The notes below the pieces were generated by a model. That model did no database searches, was not told the origin of the DNA, and worked only from the letters and a program-made list of their open reading frames with translations. Positions 60,541 to 64,000 of a stretch of 64,000 bases of DNA are shown here, in pieces. Made by a program: the position numbers and the translations under genes. Each line of letters begins with the position of its first letter. Position 1 is the first letter of the stretch. The stretch is from an uncultured delta proteobacterium (GTDB lineage: Bacteria > Myxococcota_A > Polyangia > Haliangiales > Haliangiaceae): the NCBI GenBank assembly GCA_963848295.1, contig CAWKDB010000010.1, forward strand, positions 4,160,001-4,224,000. The letters are read 5' to 3'.

Positions 60541-62516
60541 CACGGGAGCACCCAGTAGTCGCGAACGCTCACGATCGCGAGGGCGACGACGACCGCGGCG
60601 ACGATGTAGAGGATGTAGATGTGCAATAGCCCCTGCTGAACCCAGCGAAGCTGACCGAAGCGCCGAGCACCGCGATCGAGCAGCGGCTCGTACGCCGCGC
60701 GCGTGAACGGGTCGCGTCGATCCGCACTGGTCGTTGCTTCGGTCGGAAATAGCTCGGCGCTCGGCTGCGCGACGATGCGTGCGCGCAACGCGCGCGGCAG
60801 CAGGCGATGCAGGCCTTCGGCGAACGACGATCCGCTGTACTGCATGCGCGGTGTCTGCGCCGGATAACCGCAACCCCAGGTATCGACCAGACGGACGCGC
60901 CGCATGAGCCGCCGGATGATCACGACCGTCAGGGCGGTGCCGAGCCAGAGCACCGCACCTAGGATCGCGAGCGGCTCGAGTGCACTGCCTACGGCAGACA
61001 GGTCGAGCGAGGAACCGGTAACTTGTTCGATCACGGGGGCGAGTGCATCGACCAGCAGCGGCATCAGGAACGGCATCGCGATCGCCGCGACCGCAAGCAT
61101 GGCCATCGGACCGAGCATGCCGTTGCTCGACTCGTGCGCGTGCGCGGCAGCGGCAGTTCGCGGCTGTCCGAGCAGACCCACACCGACGATCCGCACGAAA
61201 CACAGTGCGGCGAGGACGCCGACCGTCGCCATCGCCCCGACCGCGAACAGGAGCAAGAGGCCCGATCCGGCACCCGCCTCGCTGCCGCCATGCGCGAGAC
61301 CGAGGTAGATCAGCCATTCGCTCGCGAAGCCACTCAACGGCGGCAGGGCGGCGATCGCGATGGCACCGAGGCTCACGAGCGCGACGGTCCGCGGCATGGT
61401 CTTGGCGAGACCGCCCATCGCTTCGAGATCGCGGGTGCCGGTCCCGTGCAAGAGGCTGCCGGCGCCCAGGAACATCAGTCCTTTCATGATCGCGTGATTC
61501 CACACGTGGAACAGCGCACCTGCGAGCCCGAGCGCCGCGACGGTGGGGTGGCCGTTCGCCGTCGCCCATAACCCGACGCCGAGGCCGATCAGGATGATCC
61601 CGATGTTCTCGACGCTCGAGTAAGCAAGCGCGCGCTTCAGGTCGCGCTGATAGATCGCGAGCGCGATGCCGACGAGAGCTCCGACGACTCCTACCGCCAG
61701 CAACACCGGCCCCCACGGCAGGGCCGGCCCCACGAACATGATCGTCCGGAGGATTCCGTAGAGTCCGAGCTTGATCATGATGCCGGACATCAAGGCCGAG
61801 ACGTGAGACGGACTAGCCGCGTGGGCCTCGGGAAGCCAGACATGGAGTGGAACGATGCCGGCCTTGACGCCGAAGCCCACGAGGCCGAGCAGCCCCGCGA
61901 CGATCGCGGTGGCGCCGCTTGGCGGAGCGGCGAGCATCTCGGCGAACCCGAAACCGTCGCGGCCGAGCAGCAGGAAGCTGCTCAGCACGCACGCGATTCC
62001 CAGGTGACAGGCGATCAAGTAGACCCACCCGGCGCGCCGCACGTCCGCTTGCGTGTGGTCGAAGACCACGAGGGCATAGCTCGCGAGCGTCATCAGCTCC
62101 CACGCGATGATGAAACCGATCGCGTCGCGCGAGATCAGGACGAGCAGCATCGCGGCGACGAGCACGTTGTAGAAGCACGCTGGAGCGGCCAACCAGCGAC
62201 GAGCCCGTTGCGCGTCGAGATAGAACGCGCCGTAGATTCCGCAGATCGCACCGAGGACGAGCAAGGGCGCGATGAAGAAGGCGGACAGCGGATCGAGCCC
62301 GAAGGAGAGGTGATCGATCGGCGCAGCCCAAGTCACGGTGATCTCGACCGGAGCCCCTCGCGTGAGCGACATGATCGCTGAAGGCAGCGCGCAAGCCGCC
62401 GCGACCACGGTACCAGCCGCGGCGATCACCGAGGGCGCGCGTGCATGCCGGCCGGCGGCGAGCGCGGCGACCGCCGATACTACCAACGCCGCGATGGCGA
62501 TCAGGCATCCGGTCAT
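60540..62516 (-). CDS. hyfB: HyfB-like antiporter-type membrane subunit
   Basis: WELM, KAGIVPLHVWLPEAH, KRALAYSSVENIG and WGCGY..RMQY motifs. Confidence 0.92.
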   Translation of the reverse strand: MTGCLIAIAALVVSAVAALAAGRHARAPSVIAAAGTVVAAACALPSAIMSLTRGAPVEITVTWAAPIDHLSFGLDPLSAFFIAPLLVLGAICGIYGAFYLDAQRARRWLAAPACFYNVLVAAMLLVLISRDAIGFIIAWELMTLASYALVVFDHTQADVRRAGWVYLIACHLGIACVLSSFLLLGRDGFGFAEMLAAPPSGATAIVAGLLGLVGFGVKAGIVPLHVWLPEAHAASPSHVSALMSGIMIKLGLYGILRTIMFVGPALPWGPVLLAVGVVGALVGIALAIYQRDLKRALAYSSVENIGIILIGLGVGLWATANGHPTVAALGLAGALFHVWNHAIMKGLMFLGAGSLLHGTGTRDLEAMGGLAKTMPRTVALVSLGAIAIAALPPLSGFASEWLIYLGLAHGGSEAGAGSGLLLLFAVGAMATVGVLAALCFVRIVGVGLLGQPRTAAAAHAHESSNGMLGPMAMLAVAAIAMPFLMPLLVDALAPVIEQVTGSSLDLSAVGSALEPLAILGAVLWLGTALTVVIIRRLMRRVRLVDTWGCGYPAQTPRMQYSGSSFAEGLHRLLPRALRARIVAQPSAELFPTEATTSADRRDPFTRAAYEPLLDRGARRFGQLRWVQQGLLHIYILYIVAAVVVALAIVSVRDYWVLP

Positions 62517-63163
62517 TGCGGCACGCGCTCGGGCTCGCGTCTCTGCTCCCACCGGCGCGCCTCCGCCAGAACCTGTCCGAAGTCATCGCGGGTCGCGGCG
62601 CGCCGTAATGCCTCGTCGTGCAGCGCGAGCGACAGTCGAGAGAGCAGCTGTAGATGCTGCTTTACGGTCGGAGCGATGATCACGAAGATCGCCTTCGTGG
62701 GGATCCCGTCGAGCACGAGGGCGTGAGGCTCGGCGCGCATCAGGAGCACCATCGCCGCAGCCTCGGCACGGATGATCGGGCTGCGCGCACGCGGGATCGC
62801 GATCCACGCCGCAGGCCGCGTGATGAATAGATCCGCGCCGCGGGCTGCAAGGATCGCGCGAGCCGCCTCGCGGTCGCAGCCGTGAAGGGGCAACTCGGCG
62901 ACTAGCGCGCGGAGATCTCCGTCGAAGACGCGAGCACCACCGCGCTCGAGCGCCCGGCTGAACGGTTGCTCCTCACTGCCGCCGTATAGATCGACGCCGA
63001 CCGGGAGCTCTCGCTCGATCGCCCATTCGAGCAACTCGACCCGGTGAAACGTCGGGCGGTGGTGGATCATGACGTACGGGATCTCGTCGTCATCGATCCA
63101 TCGGTAGATAGCGGTCTCCGCGACTCCGAGCATCGCCGCAGCGTCGCGGACCGTCAGCTTCAC
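62513..63163 (-). CDS. excisionase-type HTH fused to a degenerate PTS EIIA domain
   Basis: LTVRDAAAMLGVAETAIYRW HTH, IAIPRAR and HLQLLSRLS. GTGA/ATGA overlaps with both neighbours. Confidence 0.8.
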   Translation of the reverse strand: MKLTVRDAAAMLGVAETAIYRWIDDDEIPYVMIHHRPTFHRVELLEWAIERELPVGVDLYGGSEEQPFSRALERGGARVFDGDLRALVAELPLHGCDREAARAILAARGADLFITRPAAWIAIPRARSPIIRAEAAAMVLLMRAEPHALVLDGIPTKAIFVIIAPTVKQHLQLLSRLSLALHDEALRRAATRDDFGQVLAEARRWEQRREPERVPQ

Positions 63164-63801
63164 GACGGCACCGGAGCGCGCGCCGGTCGCGCGCGTTGGA
63201 CCCACAAGACGAGGTCGAGCCCCACGCTTGGAACGCGTTCCTGACAGGCGAGGTCGTAGCTTGCTGGCATGACGCCACCGAAGCCGTTGAACGTGACGAT
63301 GCGCGACCCTTCGCGCATGAGGCCGAGCCGCTCCTCGACCTGGCTGACTTGGGCGCGATACCCGAGCACGTGGTCCGGTCCGCTCGCATCCGGAGCCAGC
63401 GGTAACTCGAACGGGTTGTAGAGGTACAACGCGTCGAAGTCGGTCCAGTCGAGCGAGAACGCGTCGCCGTGAAAGAATCGCGTGCGGTCTCCGACACCGA
63501 GGCCACGCGCCAACCGCTCTGCCGTCATCGCGAGCAGCTCGTGTCGTTCGATGCCAAACCACGTGGCCAGCGACGAGAGTGCGCCGACCGAGCAGACTTT
63601 TCCGATCCCCGCGCCGATGTCGAGGATCCGGGTATCGCGACTAGGCGAAAGCAACTTGGACACGCGCAACACCACTTCGATCGGTGTCCAGTGGGTCGCC
63701 GAGAGGTGCCGTAGCTCGAGGGGAACGAGCGCGTCGAACGCGAAGTCGGTCGAGGACATCCCGATGGCGCAGCGCGTGGCGCGACGAAAACGCGTCGTCA
63801 C
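63160..63801 (-). CDS. class I SAM-dependent methyltransferase
   Basis: HWTP, ILDIGAGIGK and YLYNPF motifs. Confidence 0.85.
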   Translation of the reverse strand: MTTRFRRATRCAIGMSSTDFAFDALVPLELRHLSATHWTPIEVVLRVSKLLSPSRDTRILDIGAGIGKVCSVGALSSLATWFGIERHELLAMTAERLARGLGVGDRTRFFHGDAFSLDWTDFDALYLYNPFELPLAPDASGPDHVLGYRAQVSQVEERLGLMREGSRIVTFNGFGGVMPASYDLACQERVPSVGLDLVLWVQRARPARAPVPS

Positions 63802-64000
63802 GGTGCCGCCGTCTGGGCGATGCCCATCAACTCCGCGCAGCGAGCGACGGCCTCGGCGATCGCAGCGTGGAGTGCGCGGTCCAACGGGGACGGAACGAGC
63901 TCGCCGGGCTCGGCACGAGCCGCGATGGTTCGCGCTGCGGTCAGCATCATGGCGCTCGTGATCGTTCGAGCACGGGTGTCGATCGCGGCCCGCATCAGGC
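63798..64000 (-). CDS. NAD(P)-dependent malic enzyme, C-terminal fragment
   Basis: LMRAAIDTRARTITSAMMLTAARTIA...LVPSPLD...AIAEAV resembles the malic enzyme C-terminus. The gene runs off the window. Confidence 0.7.
   Translation of the reverse strand, partial: LMRAAIDTRARTITSAMMLTAARTIAARAEPGELVPSPLDRALHAAIAEAVARCAELMGIAQTAAP

Noticed and set aside
55210..62516. Functional NiFe hydrogenase-4 / formate hydrogenlyase
   Set aside because: The large subunit lacks both Ni-binding CxxC motifs, and there are no fdh or hyp genes in the window.
63798..64000. Hydrogenase maturation protease fragment
   Set aside because: The sequence fits a malic enzyme C-terminus better, and the large subunit has no cleavable extension.

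Overview
High-GC (roughly 70% by eye) bacterial DNA that looks like Myxococcota (Kofleriaceae/Haliangiales-like). This is an inference from the STAND-WD40 protein, the many Cys-rich lipoproteins, the ECF/anti-sigma module and the sigma54 systems. Left half: a frameshifted STAND-WD40 gene, a JmjC + metallo-beta-lactamase pair, lipoproteins, an ECF module, an intact IS1380 (16-bp IRs, CTAG duplication), a membrane MoCo oxidoreductase, an Lpp/OprI-like lipoprotein with an L,D-transpeptidase, an Mla/Pqi transporter, and an Omp85 + kinase-like lipoprotein + phosphoesterase trio. Right half (about 34.7-64 kb) looks like a low-oxygen island. Its centrepiece is a 7-gene hybrid extracellular electron transfer operon with 66 heme motifs: an MtrC/OmcA-type decaheme, a Geobacter-type CX4CH cytochrome, a NapC/CymA-type protein, a small membrane protein, a porin, and 13-heme and 27-heme lipoproteins. 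It is flanked by hemerythrin, USP and CBS proteins, PAS and globin-coupled kinases, sigma54 activators, and a NiFe-less Hyf-like (Ehr) complex co-transcribed with a malic enzyme and a His-less PTS-IIA regulator. Several single-base frameshifts look like long-read errors. No rRNA, tRNA or CRISPR array was seen.
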